A DNA stretch of 55,472 nt, counting the filler, from Jimgerdemannia flammicorona (Eukaryota), in NCBI GenBank assembly GCA_003990765.1. It is 3 parts of 3 records of this genome, joined end to end, with 100 filler letters (N's around TTAATTAATTAA, not from the genome) between each part and the next. Parts side by side here need not be neighbours in the genome. Positions count along the whole stretch, not along the records: positions 1 to 18,430 come from RBNJ01002212.1; positions 18,531 to 36,952 come from RBNJ01002213.1; 1 more part is not named here. One strand, written 5' to 3'. The notes under the pieces were generated by a model, which had not been told where the DNA came from, did not search any database, and saw nothing but the letters and a program-made list of their open reading frames with translations. Positions 9,959-22,702 of the stretch are shown piece after piece. Made by a program: the position numbers and the translations under genes. Position 1 is the first letter of the stretch; every line of letters starts with the position of its first letter.

Positions 9959-11984
9959 TATAAGAGAGTTACTTATTAAGATAACCATTACATAGTTCTG
10001 AGAGGGTTTTCTGAAAGTTCTGGATATTCTGAAAGACTATTTTCTTTAGGTCAAGATCAATTTTATATATAGTATGTCCTCTATGCTTATTGATTTTAAG
10101 ATCAGATTAATGTCTCAACCAAAGTCCTTTTTCAGACTAGTTCTGAATGTTCAGAATTTTCTATATTTCAGAAAGTTCAAGAAACTAAGACCAGCTTAGT
10201 TGATTTGGTGTATCACTGCAGACAATATCCAACTAGGAAATTTCATAATATGGTTAAGAGTGGGACCTAAAGAGTTCAGATTTACTTAAGAGTAGTTTGT
10301 GAGTTATTAAATAGGTTTATTCACTATTCATGATATTGCTATACTAGGAGTAGTTATATAAAGGAATATTGTAAGGAAGTGTTCAGGATTGTTTTTGTCT
10401 ATTTGAGTCTGAGATTCTAAAATCTGGGAGAAGGGATATTTATACTAGTGGAAGGCTATCTTAACTAGGCTGAATATGGATATAGCACTTAGTGCCTTGT
10501 TGAGTCAGAATGCAGTCACATAGTATAAGTGTGATCTGACATATCAAGAGATCATCTGACTACTGAGTTAGTTTACAGTTACATCATATGAAGCTAATCT
10601 AACTATACTAATGACTGCTAGGCTATCTATAGATTTAGATACTGTTTGAATAGTCTTTGATTATATTACTATTGATAATATCATCTCTGATAAAGTAGTC
10701 ATTTAGAAAGAGTGGTTCTTAGATTACTTCTCTCTATTTATTCAGATAATAATATATTAAGACCTCATCACCATTCCATAGGATAGCATCATCTGTTTCA
10801 TATACTGAATAAGATATTGATAAACAAAGGAGAGGTATATTATCTTTACTTTTATCAGATTTGCTATCTGTATACCTTTTATAGATTATAGTACTATATG
10901 TTACTGAGTTGTAGTAAGCTAGTGGCTGTTGTTCATATTACTTATACTTAGGTGATGGAGTTGTCAGTTCGATTTCAAGAGTTGTCTGGAGATACAGGTT
11001 GTATTCTCTAGTCTCTTCATTATAGTTGAAGTAATTGAGAGTAAATATAAGTTAGTACTCATACATACCAGTGATCATTGTTCCAATAGGTCTTATAGAT
11101 AGTTATAAACTGTTATAGGTTTATTGGTAAGGTTGGCAGGGTAATCAGGATTGATAGAAATCCTTGGCTCAAGGTCATGTCAGTATCAGAGGGATTATTA
11201 TCTTTTACTTCATCATCATCAAATCAGATTATAGCATAAACATCCTTCATAGCATATTCAACTTGGGATATTTGTAGAATGTGGTCATTGGGGTGTAAGA
11301 AGATTCTGTCTATAGTTTAAACATACTCAATATACTTGTGGTTGAGTTATTATACTATATTATCAATTTGGCCATAAGATAGAGTAGTAATCATTTTAGT
11401 AGTAATAACTTAAAGATAGAAAATAAAGGAGCTATACTTATAAAAGAGTTCTTGGTATTTATGGGTGATAAATTTCTGATATTGAGACATCTGGATAATG
11501 TTTATATCATAGTAGTGTTTGACTATATCTTCTAGGAGATAACTGATCTGATAGTAGCTTGAGATTTGTCTGATTTAGTGAATCTTACTAAGTATATTCA
11601 GAGTATTCCATTGGGTTTCCATAAAGTAGAGAGGTACCAGACTATGAATATTCATAAGAGATAGAGAGAGTATAGCTTGGTTGACAATGGCATTCCAAAT
11701 GTCAGTACAGATACAGTTGTAGATATATTGTTCAAGAGTTATGATTATTTGTTTTATTTGTTATAGTTCTCTATTTTGATATATCTGAGAATTGGGTATA
11801 TATACATTTGGTTCTAATTGATAAGATTTTATTTATATAAATCTTATATTCTATGACTTTAAGTTGACTTAGCTTTATATACTATGACTTTGGTTTAACT
11901 CAGCTTTATAATCTTATATATGATTTCCAGATTTATTCAGAGAGTGATATGTAATTTCAGTAGCTTGGAGGTTATACACTTATA
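9959..11984 (-). repeat. LTR-B, about 2.0 kb 5' LTR with decayed internal ORF (about 10620-11740)
   Basis: Reverse-complement copy of 22703-24789 over its whole length, adjacent to the PBS. Confidence 0.85.
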
Positions 11985-12169
11985 TTTTGATATAAAGAAG
12001 TCTATTATTTTGATCTACTTATCAGATTAAACCTAAAGAGAAGTTCACTATATTTTGATATAACTAAGCTAGTCAGCCAGACAAACCTTTATAGTGAACT
12101 TATTCATATAAATAAAGCAGATAACTGATATAACTTTATTTATAAAAAGAAGTCTGCTGATTTTGATAT

Positions 12170-13596
12170 TGTAATATATCCAGCTCAATGGAGACAAATT
12201 ACAAGGTTGGGGTTGATATAGTTTGGCTTGAGCCCCTAGTTACTTTGTTAAAAGCAACAAAATGTTCTTGATATTTAGTGGTATAATAGTTAAAGCTAGA
12301 TATCTGCAAGTGATTTATATGTCTATTTTCTAATTAGGACAGTTCTCTGGGTATAGTGGCAATTTGGATATAGTGCAGACATTTCTTATACATAATGGTC
12401 TGGCAATTTGACAGTTCTCTTTATATAATTTCTGTATAATAATCTCTGTGTAGTATAACAATCTTTAAAAGTATATGATTTCTGCATAATAATATCTTAT
12501 ATAGTGTGATGATCTCTGTATAGCATAGCAGATTTCTTATGCAGGATAATCTTGATGATATTCTTTATGTAGATTTGACAGATAACTTGATTTGGTGTAG
12601 ACTCTCTTAAATTGGATTCACTGGGAGTAGAGAATGGTACAGATCCTTCCTGAAACAGCTTTACTGGGAATTATACTAGCAGCAGATTCTTCCTAAATTA
12701 GGCTTACTAAGAATAAACTAATAACTCAGATGGTGTGAATAGCTCAGATAACTCAGATATCATGGATCTTCCTGAATTAGTAGAGTATATTACTTAGGTA
12801 GTATGAATTCTTAGCAAGTTGTATCAAAGACTGGCTTTATTTGCACAGAGTTACATTATTGGACTGGCTCTACTGTAAAGTTGTATTAAGAAACTGGCTT
12901 GTGGCAAGGTTCCTTAAAGCAGGCTCTCTGGAAATGCAAATAACTTAGAAATGGTAGCTTATTCCTTAAGTGGTAGATTACTCAAAAGGCAGCAAAGTTC
13001 TTTCTTGAACTTTGACAGTAAATCTTCAGACTTATCTGATAAGTGAACCAAAAATAGACTTGTTCTTTATATTGAAAAGTAGACCAGAGTGGGAAAAGGT
13101 AAAGCTCACAATCTCCTAGTAGTAGCTGTAGAGTTCCTCTTAAAGTATGATAGGCAGACTTGTCTTTTGCTTTGAATTCAGACTTTTCAGACTCTTCTTT
13201 ATATTGAAAAGTGAACCAGATTTGAAATATATTCTGAATTTTGGACTAAGGTTTATTTACTCTTGTCTCTGAGGTATTTTATACATTGTGGTTACTATCT
13301 AGTTACTATATTGCTAACTATAGATTGCTATATATGACAGATATACTAGTTTGACATAGGTGTGTAGGTCTAGCACAAGTGTACAGATCTAGTACAGATG
13401 TACAGATCTAGCACAGATGTGCAGGTCCTGCACAGATATACCTTATCTGATAGTCTGGCTATTTATACAGTTTTCCACAGCAATGATTGCTATGTCTGAT
13501 TACTATGCTATATGTTTATATTATATGGCTAAGTTACTAATTGTTCATGTCATCTGACTAAGTTATAATTCAGATAATATGTTTTGATTTGTCATA
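12170..13596 (-). repeat. Gypsy D 3' LTR (copy 1)
   Basis: Starts TGTAATATATCCAGCTCAA like 47242. Ends just before the TCAG...AAAG(A/G)ATGGTCTG internal sequence shared with 39683. Confidence 0.75.
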
Positions 13597-16500
13597 TCAG
13601 CCCACACTAAAGAATGGTCTGTCCTCAGACTGTCCTTTAGTCATCACCCCAGTGTGGGTAAGCATCTTCTATATCAATATCTATTCTATTATCTTTATCA
13701 TCTGTACCATAATTGCTCCATTCTAAGGGTTCTTCTTCTTCTTCTAGGAATAGGATGTTGACAGCATTGATGATGCTCAGGTAGATGGTCAGATTCATTC
13801 TTCATACATTACACCAGGGGAATTGTACTTATAACAAGGCTACAGAGTTACATTTATAAAGGATATAGAGCCTGTCTGCAGCAGTGACATCTCTTCTTGA
13901 TAGTTCTGTGGTATTTCTGATATATGTTTGTTCTGGGGCTGGAAGGTCTGCAATTGTTCTCCAATTATATAGTGGGCCTGAAGTTGATAGATCTGTAACA
14001 ATTGTCTAGCCAGAACAAAATTCTCTTGATGAATCTGAATTCTCTGGAGAGTGTTCCCATTGACTTCTCAGAATTGGGGTAGGAGAACTGGCAGTAATTA
14101 AAATGAGCTGAGGATAAGAGTCTGAAGGTAGTTGTCAACTCTCTGATTCATGATGTGGGAAAAGGTATATCTTGAGATGATTGATGTACACTAGTGTCCT
14201 CAGAGTTCATCCATCTATACCTCTTAAATAGATGCTGATTCCTCTGATGTTGTATACAAGATAAGATCCTTCCCATTTGAGCTCCAATTTGGTGACAAAG
14301 TTTATTTCAATTATGCTTCTCCAAACTAGTACTTGATCTCCAATCTTGATCTTCTAGTCCTTCTATTTCTGATCATAGTACTTCTTTTATCTTTCTTGGG
14401 CTTTGGTAATCTGAACTTAGGCCTGATTATGTAACTGTTCTGCCTTCTTGAGGAGGTCTCCAAGACTCTCATAGTTAGTAGTTCTGGTTTTTTTTGAGAA
14501 ATATCATTTCGAATGGCTTTTGTTTGGTAGAGGCAGTAGGGGTGTTCTGAATTTCCCATAAGATCTCAGGTAAGCAGAGATCCCAATTGGTAAGATTGAC
14601 TTGAGCAAGTTCTTTCTTAATGATCTGGTTCATTCTTTCTATCATACCATTAGTTTGATAGTGGTATGGTGTGGTCTATTTGAGGTAGATCTTGTGAATT
14701 CGAGCATAACTTATAATTATATTGTTGATGAATTCTATGTCTTGGTCAGAGATAAGTTCTTCTGGAGATCTATATCTGAGCATGAGTCTATGGAAAAAGT
14801 CTACAATAGTTAAGGTATCTGTGATTTCCATTAGAAAAGCCTCAGGCCACTTAGTCAGATATTCTATAAATACAAGAATATATTTATTTCTTTTTGGTGT
14901 AACTGGTAGGGGACTAATTATATCTACTCTCCATCTCTGAAAGATGTTGTCTGATAGTGTGATTGGTTATAGCAGTGCTTGGTAGTTCTTCCTTCCTTAG
15001 TACTTCTGGCAGGTGTCATATTTCTTAAGTATGTCTCAGACTTGTATTCTGAGATTAGGTCAATATTGGTGTGTTGTTCACAACTTTTTTTCTATATTTG
15101 CTTGTTCTTGGTGGGCTTTCTAGTATTCCTTTTGGATGAGATCTTCTTGTGCCTTAATGGTCTAAGAAGCTTCCTTTAGGGTATAGTTCCTCAGGACACC
15201 CTTTTTCTGATTCATTGGGGCTGGTGGGAAAGTACATCAACATTGTTGTAAGCTTTCTCTGCTTTGTGGATGATGGTGATTTTGTAATCCTAAAGGATAA
15301 GGATCCAGCAGACTAGGATTATGGTGGGTTCCTTATAGTTAAATAGCCATTTGAGGGCTGCATGGTCTGTAATCAGGATAAACCTTTTTTCAATGAGATA
15401 ATGCTTGAATAGGGTGACCACCCATATGACTACAAGGTATTCTAGTTTGGTGCTGCCATAGTTCATCTGCTGCTGATTGGTAGCTCAGCTTGTATAAGCT
15501 ATTACATAGTATTATTTGTCAGGTCTTTCTTGGGCTAGAACTGCTCCTAAGCCATCTTTAGAAGTATCTGTATATAAGATAAATAGCTTTTGTGGATTGG
15601 AGCACACAAGAATTGGTGCTATGGTCATATGGTTCTTGAGTTCTTTGAAGGCTTTCTCTTGTGATTTTGTCTATTTGTAAGATACTCCTTTCTTGAGAAG
15701 AACTTGGATTGGGGCAGCAATTTGGGCAAAGTCCTTAATAAACCTTCTGTAGTAGGATACTAGTGTCAGAAATGATAGTGTTTTCTTTGGAGTCTTGGGT
15801 ACTGGCCAATTGTTGATCTTCTCAGTTTTCTTTGGGTCTGTATAGATTCCTTCTTTTGAAACTATAAATTCAAGGAATTCAAGTTTCTGTTTCCTGAAGT
15901 AGCATTTCTTTACATTGAGTCTTAGATAGTTCTTGTGAGTGAGCTTGAAGAATTCTTCTAGATAGTACAGGTGTTCTTCAAAATTTGCTGAATAGATATT
16001 GAAATTGTCCATGTATACAATTAGATAGTAGTAGATCAAGGGGGTATAGACTGAATTCATCATTCTCTAAAAGGTGGGAAGTACATTACAAAGTTCAAAG
16101 GATATTTGGAGATATTCAAACAGTTTTCCTAGAGCAAGGAAGGCTGTCTTTTGAATATCTTTGGGATCTCATAAAATCCTGCAAAAAGGTCTATACTGCT
16201 GAAGTATCTGGCATCTTGTAACTGATCCAAAAGGTCATCGATTCTGGGCAAAGGATAGGCATCCTTTTCAGTGACTGAGTTAAGTTTTCTGTAATCTATA
16301 TAGAGTCTCCATTCTTCTTTCTTTGGTACAATAAGTATAGGGCTGACCTAGGGGCTGATAGAGGGTCAGATAACTCCATTGTCTAAGAGTTCTTAAATGT
16401 GCTCCTTTTCGAATATTTTTAAAGTAATGAGGTATTCTATAGGGTTTCTGCTGAATGGATATTGTATTTTCTATATTTATGCTGTAGTGATATTATGAAT

Positions 16501-18031
16501 TGTATGGCAGGTTGCCATAATCAGTAGTGAAGATATCTTGATATTTTTTGAGGAGTTCTACTAGTTATTGCCATTGTTGGGGTGTCAATTCTTCTCCAAT
16601 GTTGGTAGAAGGCTTCACTGTCTCCTGGGTCGCAGAGGGGCCTTTCCTTTCTTCTGAGATCTTTTGCTGTTTCCTGATAGATTTAGTTCATAAACTTCTC
16701 TATGAGTTTGGTTGAGAAAAGGCACCAGATGCCCTATGATGGTTCTTTTTAGCAAAATGATAGTTTCCCAACCTTGGTTAGTTGCTTGGGAGTGTACTGG
16801 ATTCATCTTGTTGGAGAATGTGTGTCCCTCTATATCCAGGTGTGGGATATCTTTATTGGGTTCAAAGAAAAGGTTTCTGGGATCAGGTGGTGCAAAGATT
16901 TCAAAGGTAGTTTGTTCTCCAGGCTTCAGAATGAGATTCTTATACAGTTTGACTAGTTGGTGGTATACTTGCTGGGAGATATTCCTCTTGAGGTGGTTGA
17001 CTTGAAGAAGATATACTTTCTTCTTATCTAAACTTCTAAATCCTTTGGCTTGTCTTATTTCTTCAGTCAGTTCAGAGACTTCTTATAATTGTGGAATCTT
17101 GACCTTCATGAAGACTGCTTGGGCAATCTTCTGTCCTCTAATAATTCAGTACTATTCTGTACTACTGTTGTGTAGAATGACCTTGATTTCACCTGTATAT
17201 CCTGGGTCAATGATTCCTCCTTCTACAGTTATTCCTTATTTAGCAAGTCCAGACCTTGAGGTCAGTTAGATATAAACTCCTTGGGGTGGCTGTATGGCTA
17301 GTCTGATTCTGATTATGAATGTTTTTCCAGACTTGATAGATTCATCCTCCAGACTGTAAAGATCATATCCCATATCTTCTGGGTGGGCTTTGGTCAGAAG
17401 TTTGGCCTTGGGATGTAGCAGAGCATACTGGGCAATATCCATGCTGAGTTTGGGCTGTCCTAGGGCTGAAGCTCCACTAGCAGAGAGTCTCCAGACTCTA
17501 AAATTGAGGTGTGGCCATCTGGCTCCAGTAGAGAGGTCTTGGAGATAGTTGATTCCTCTTCTACCTGTAGGGTCTAGGGCTTCCATGAAGTTGGTGGCAT
17601 TCTCTACCCATTCTTGGTGGATTGTATGTCTGATAAGAGCTAGGATGTTTTCTTCTAAATTATAGATCTTGAGTTTCCTTCTTCCTGGCTTCTTGATCTG
17701 GCTTTTTCAGATCTGGTCTCTGTTGTCTCCTCTTTCTGATGTCTGCAGTCTCAGCAGTCTGAGTGTCTTCTATGGTTGCAATATCCCATTGCTTAAAAAT
17801 GCTGTCCCTAGTTATTGATCTCTTGTTGTCTCAGGAATCAGTACACATCTTGGTCATAAGTTGGGGGAAGAGTAGATAAGGAATATACTTCTGTTTGGAT
17901 GAAAAAGCCTTATTCTCTAAATCAGCTTTGCAATCTGATAGTAACTTCTTGGAAGGTAGTTAACTGTATAACTGTAGTTAGGGGTTCTGGTCTCTGAGGT
18001 CTCTATCTCTCCTGTTGGTCTAGTAGATAGC
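12170..18031 (-). mobile_element. Ty3/Gypsy family D copy 1 (dUTPase-RT-RH-IN-3' LTR), degenerate
   Basis: RT YMDNF at 15671-16063, dUTPase GYDLYS/RSGL/GIIDPGYTG at about 17110-17410, integrase core at about 14250-15060. Collinear with 38570-44150. Confidence 0.92.
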
Positions 18032-18430
18032 TGTAAGAGGGTTACTTTTTAGGGTGACCATTATGTAGTTCTGGAAGGGTTTTCTGGAAGTTCTGGATGT
18101 TCTGGAAGACCGTTTTCTTATGGTCAAGATCAATTTCATATGGAGTACATCCTCTACACTTATTGATTTCAAGATCAGGTTGACATCTCAACCAAAGTCC
18201 TTTTCTGGACTAGTTCTGGATGTTCAGGATTTTTCCATATTTCAGGAAGTTCAAGAAACTAAGACCAGCTTAGTTGAATTGGCGTATCGCTGCAGACAAT
18301 ACTCAATTAGGAAATTTCATGATGGGGTTAGGAGTAGGACCTAACAGGGAGCAGATTTACTTAAGAGTGGTTTGTGGGTTATGGAATAGGTTTATTTGCT
18401 ATTCATGATATTGCTATGCTAGGAGTATTT
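18032..18430 (-). repeat. LTR-B end inserted in Gypsy D, cut by assembly gap
   Basis: TGTAAGAGGGGTTAC... matches 9959-10350. Confidence 0.88.
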
Positions 18431-18530
18431 NNNNNNNNNNNNNNNNNNNNNNNNNNNNNNNNNNNNNNNNNNNNTTAATTAATTAANNNNNNNNNNNNNN
18501 NNNNNNNNNNNNNNNNNNNNNNNNNNNNNN
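18431..18530. other. Artificial contig spacer
   Basis: N-run containing TTAATTAATTAA (stops in all six frames). Confidence 0.97.
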
Positions 18531-18539
18531 ATACAGTGA

Positions 18540-18723
18540 TCCCACCCCCTATTCAATCCCCCTAGAGGGCCCCCCTAGAGGGCCCCTTCTTGATGAAAGA
18601 CCACTTTGTCTAACACTATCACCACCCTCCCACCACTCTGCTCACAGATCCTTACCACCAAACTGTGACGTCATCCCCCCTGAGGACCCCAACCCACCCA
18701 CCATCCAGTCAGCAGATCCCCCA
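18540..18723. repeat. Unclassified dispersed repeat (inverted copy at 55305-55472)
   Basis: GAAAGACCACTTTGTC...CCCTCCCACCACTCTGCTCACAGATC...CAGCAGATCCCCCA is the reverse complement of the window end. Confidence 0.8.
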
Positions 18724-18839
18724 ACAGCTCCTCCCACCTTAACACCTTTTCTCGCAGCCCCAACCACTGCCCCTCCTCAAATACAAAAAGCCAATGTCCT
18801 GCCAGTCCCACCACCTCCTAAGTACTTCCCGAATTCCAT

Positions 18840-19330
18840 TCTATCCATACTCACAATATCATCTTTCTTAGATCAGTGAGGATTCTCAGCATGCTGGAGA
18901 GGTAAAAGCATGGCATTGTGATACTTCCAGAGATGTCATTTAAGATTGTTGATATTGCCATCCTTTGATATATAGCTCTAAGTTGTATAATGGTTGCAAC
19001 TGATGAGCTTACTTTGTAAATTCTATTTGAATAGAGAGATATGAGACTATATTAGAACCTCAACCACTTACAACTGACCACCCACCCTTATGACTGATGA
19101 GACCAATTACTCCTATGAATGCAACTATTAGCACAATGTATAAAACTACCTTTGTGGTATGATTCCACACCCAGCTATCACTAGGTTTTGTTTTTATTTT
19201 TATTCTCATGCTTGTTGGTGATAATGAACTGATGGAGATATCTGATATGTATATCCTCTGATATATCCTCCAATATATCATCTGATGGTTCTGAGATTTC
19301 TTTTAAATATACTTCTTGATCTTTAGACAT
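18840..19330 (-). pseudogene. hAT transposase N-terminus with BED zinc finger (intron 19023-19149)
   Basis: SWVWNHTTK | NLQSKLISCNHY...SKDGNINNLK*HLWKYH fits the BED pattern W...CxxC...G-T-N-L-x2-H-L-x3-H once decay is allowed for. Confidence 0.75.
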
Positions 19331-20650
19331 TTTGAATGTTTGATGATAGCAGAGACTGGGAGCTTGAGTGAGAGGCTGAGAGCTGAAAAGTAGCTAGGAA
19401 GTGGCAAGCTAGGGAGTGGTAAACTGGGAAACAAGCTGGGGGGCAGTAAACTAGGGGGCAGGGAGTTGGGGGGAGGCAGCAAGTGGTGAGAAAAGCCAGG
19501 AACTGTGGGGCCTGGAACAGGAGTCAGTGAGCTGAAGGGCAGCGAGAGTGAGAGCAGCGAGGTAGCATGCAATAGCCAATGATCGATTGTGGACAGAGGA
19601 TGGATGAATAAATACACATGAGTGGTGAACTGGTACCCATCATGCAACTGCAAACAGCAAATATACTTTGGAGATTTAGCATGTTCTGCATTGAGCAAGG
19701 TTTGTAATGACATTTGAGCAAGGTTTATAGTACATTTGAGCAAGATTTGCAGTGAGGTTCGAGCAAAATTTACAAGCAAGATTAAAGTGAGATTTGCAAG
19801 TGAGATTTGCATGTAAGATTAAAGCAAGATTTGCATAAGTCAGGCTTTGCAAGCCTTGCACTTGCAAGCCTGGACAAGCTCAGTCACAAGCTGATATGAC
19901 ATGTATATAAGCTGATATCATGTGATATCAGCTATTGGCTGAGCTTGCAAGCACAAGGCTTGCAAAGCCTAGCTTATGCAAATCTCACTTGCAAATCTCA
20001 CTCAAACCTCACTGCAAATCTTGCTCAAATGTACCACAAACCTCACTCAAATATTGTTGCAAACCTTGCTCAATTGGGACTTATGCAGAACCTGCTGAAT
20101 CATACAGAGAGGAGTAGAATGTAGTGAGGAAAGCTCTGGATTGCAAGTGTAAGCATAAGTATAAGTGTAAGCATAAGCTTTGCTCTGCTCAGTCTGACAA
20201 GCTGATAATAAGCTGATATTATGTAATATCAGCTATCAGCTGAGTGGAGCAAAGCTTGTGCTTATGCTTACACTTATGCTTACGCTTGCAATCTAGAGCT
20301 TTCCTCACTGCATTCCACTCCTCTTGCATTCCACTCCTCTTGCGTTTCACTCCTCTTGCACAACTCTCACATATTCCTTCACCTCCCTCACCCTCATTTC
20401 TCAGATTGCAAACAACATACAATTTAGAAATGGGTTTTGAAAGAGATTTCGAAGAGATTCCAAAAGAGATTTCGAAGAGATTCAGAAAGAGCTTCTGAAA
20501 GAGATTTTGGAGAGATTCTGAAAGAGCTTCTGAAAGATGTTATAGCTTTTGAACATTTAAGATATTGAAAGCTTACTTTTGCCTCTTGTTCTTTTTGCCT
20601 CATCCTTCACTTCACCTCATCCTTCACTTCGCCTCACTTAATTCACCACT

Positions 20651-22027
20651 ATGTTGAGAAAACGTAGATATGACCACCTGGTCAATAAGTATTTACTTGG
20701 CCCCCCCAAGCTTGACGTGCTTTAGCTTGCTGTCCCAAAGCTCAGCACCCTAAAGATGCCCAGCTTGCTGACATCCAGTCTGCTGAGCTTGCTGACACCC
20801 AGCCTGCTGAGCTTGCCAATACTCAGTCTGCCGAGCTTGCCAACACCCAGCCTGCTGAGCTTGTCAACACCCAGTCTGCTAAGCTTGCCGACACCCAGGT
20901 TGCTGAGCTTGCTAACTCTCAGCTCACTGACCCTCAGCTCCCCAATCTCCAGCTTGATTGCCAGCTCACCGCCAGTCCACAAGCACAAGGTCCCCCACCA
21001 GATCTCAATAATGCAGCTCGAAAAAGTTAGTTTTTTTTTTTTTTTTCTTTTTAAATCAATGTCTGAATTTTTTTCCTAATAACATTCGAAATATACATAT
21101 CCTCTAGCTTCTAAGCCTGGGCCGGAGTGCAAATCTTGCTACAATTGCCATTTTTGCCATCAAGTTTGCTCAAATACTACCTGGAAGCATTGCCAAACTA
21201 ATTTCCCAGATGCTCCAAACCTCACAGAGAAAAGGCCTTACAAATTGGACATTAGGCATGCTTTTGCTGTGACCAACAAACACATTAAGAAAGTACATGA
21301 TGACCAACTGAGGCAAGAAGTCATAAGAGCAATAGAAAACTGTACAAAAATCGTGGAATGTTTGTCATACTACACTGGCTTCAAGGTGAATACCAAAGTA
21401 TGGAATAAGCGAGGTTGTCCAGATGGAATTGTCATCATGGATGAACATGAAAAACTGCTGGCCATATTTGAACAAGTACTGGTGAAGAACAACAAAATAC
21501 TTTATATATAACTGATAGATGGTAGGCTTGTGCATTTTGTTGAGGGGGGTGGTGGTGGAGGAGATGGAGAGGTGAGAGAGATCAGTGCCAGTAGAGGAGT
21601 TGGCACCAGTGGAGAGGTTGGTGGAGAGGTCGGCATGGGGGAGGTCAGTGCGGGGGAGGTCAGTGCAGAGGAGGTCGGCATGGGGGAGGTCAGTGCGGGG
21701 GAGGTCGGTGCAGAGGAGGTCGGCACAGGGGAGGTCAGCATGTAGGAATATGGAGAGGTCAGTATGGGGGAGGTCGGCATGGAGGAACATAGAGAGGTCA
21801 GCATGGGGGAGATCAGTGTGGAGGAACATAGGGAGGTCAGTGTGGAGGAACATGGGGAGGTTGGTGTGAAGGACAAAATGGGGGTTGGCATGGAGGAGGA
21901 GGATATAGAGGAAAGTGGTTTGGAATATATAGAGAAAGATGGTTTGGAATATGAGAAGGAGGAGGATCAGTTGGTTTATAGTGATGAAGATGAGGAGGAT
22001 TAGTTGGTTTATAGTGATGAAGAGTAA
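20651..22027 (+). pseudogene. Second gene of hAT element, copy 2
   Basis: Same ATG context (ATGTTGAGAAAACG), same intron, same SCYNCHFCHQVC motif and acidic tail. Confidence 0.6.
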
Positions 22028-22702
22028 GATCTATTCACACTAGTAAGGTCTTTATTTTCCTGATTTACTTTCTATTTATTTCTGATTTCATTTTGATTTC
22101 TGATTCCTAATTATGTTTCTATTTGTTTATTCTAAATATATATCTTAGATGTGTAATATATTTTTTTTGGTGCCTTGTAGCTTAAAGGCAGATTAAAGAT
22201 GGGTCTGTGTTGGGTTAAATATAGGTCAAGATCAGGTCACATACATTTCTCAGGTTGGGTCATGTATATTTCTTGAGTCAGATTATGTATATTTCTCGGG
22301 TTGGGTTAAAGACGGGTTATGTATAATTTCGGGTCGAGTTAAAGACAGGTGACATATGTTTCCAGGTAGGGTTAAAGATGGGTGATATATAATTCCAGAT
22401 CAGGTTAAAGATGGGTGATGTATTATTCTGGGTCAGGTTAAAGATGGGTGACATATTATTCCAGGTCGGGTTAAAGACAGGTGACATATAATTCCAGATC
22501 AGGTTAAAGACAAGTGATGTATAATTCCAGATTAGGTTAAATATATACACAGGTTGGCTCAGGTTGTGATGCACTAACTATGAGCATACCACTTTCTGAA
22601 AAAATAGACTTTACCAGACTTTTGACCTCCCAAATGGTATAACAACAATAGGACAAATTAGAAGGCTCCAATGAGGATGTTGAAAGCTAAAAAGGGGAGA
22701 GT

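Larger units (their letters stand above)
18836..22576 (-). mobile_element. hAT transposon 5' part, copy 2 (more decayed)
   Basis: Collinear with 1-3328, with mostly transition differences. Ends GATGCACTA. Confidence 0.85.

Noticed and set aside
18475..18486. TTAATTAATTAA motif as a biological site
   Set aside because: Embedded in N-runs at both gaps. It is an artificial linker, so adjacency across gaps is unreliable.
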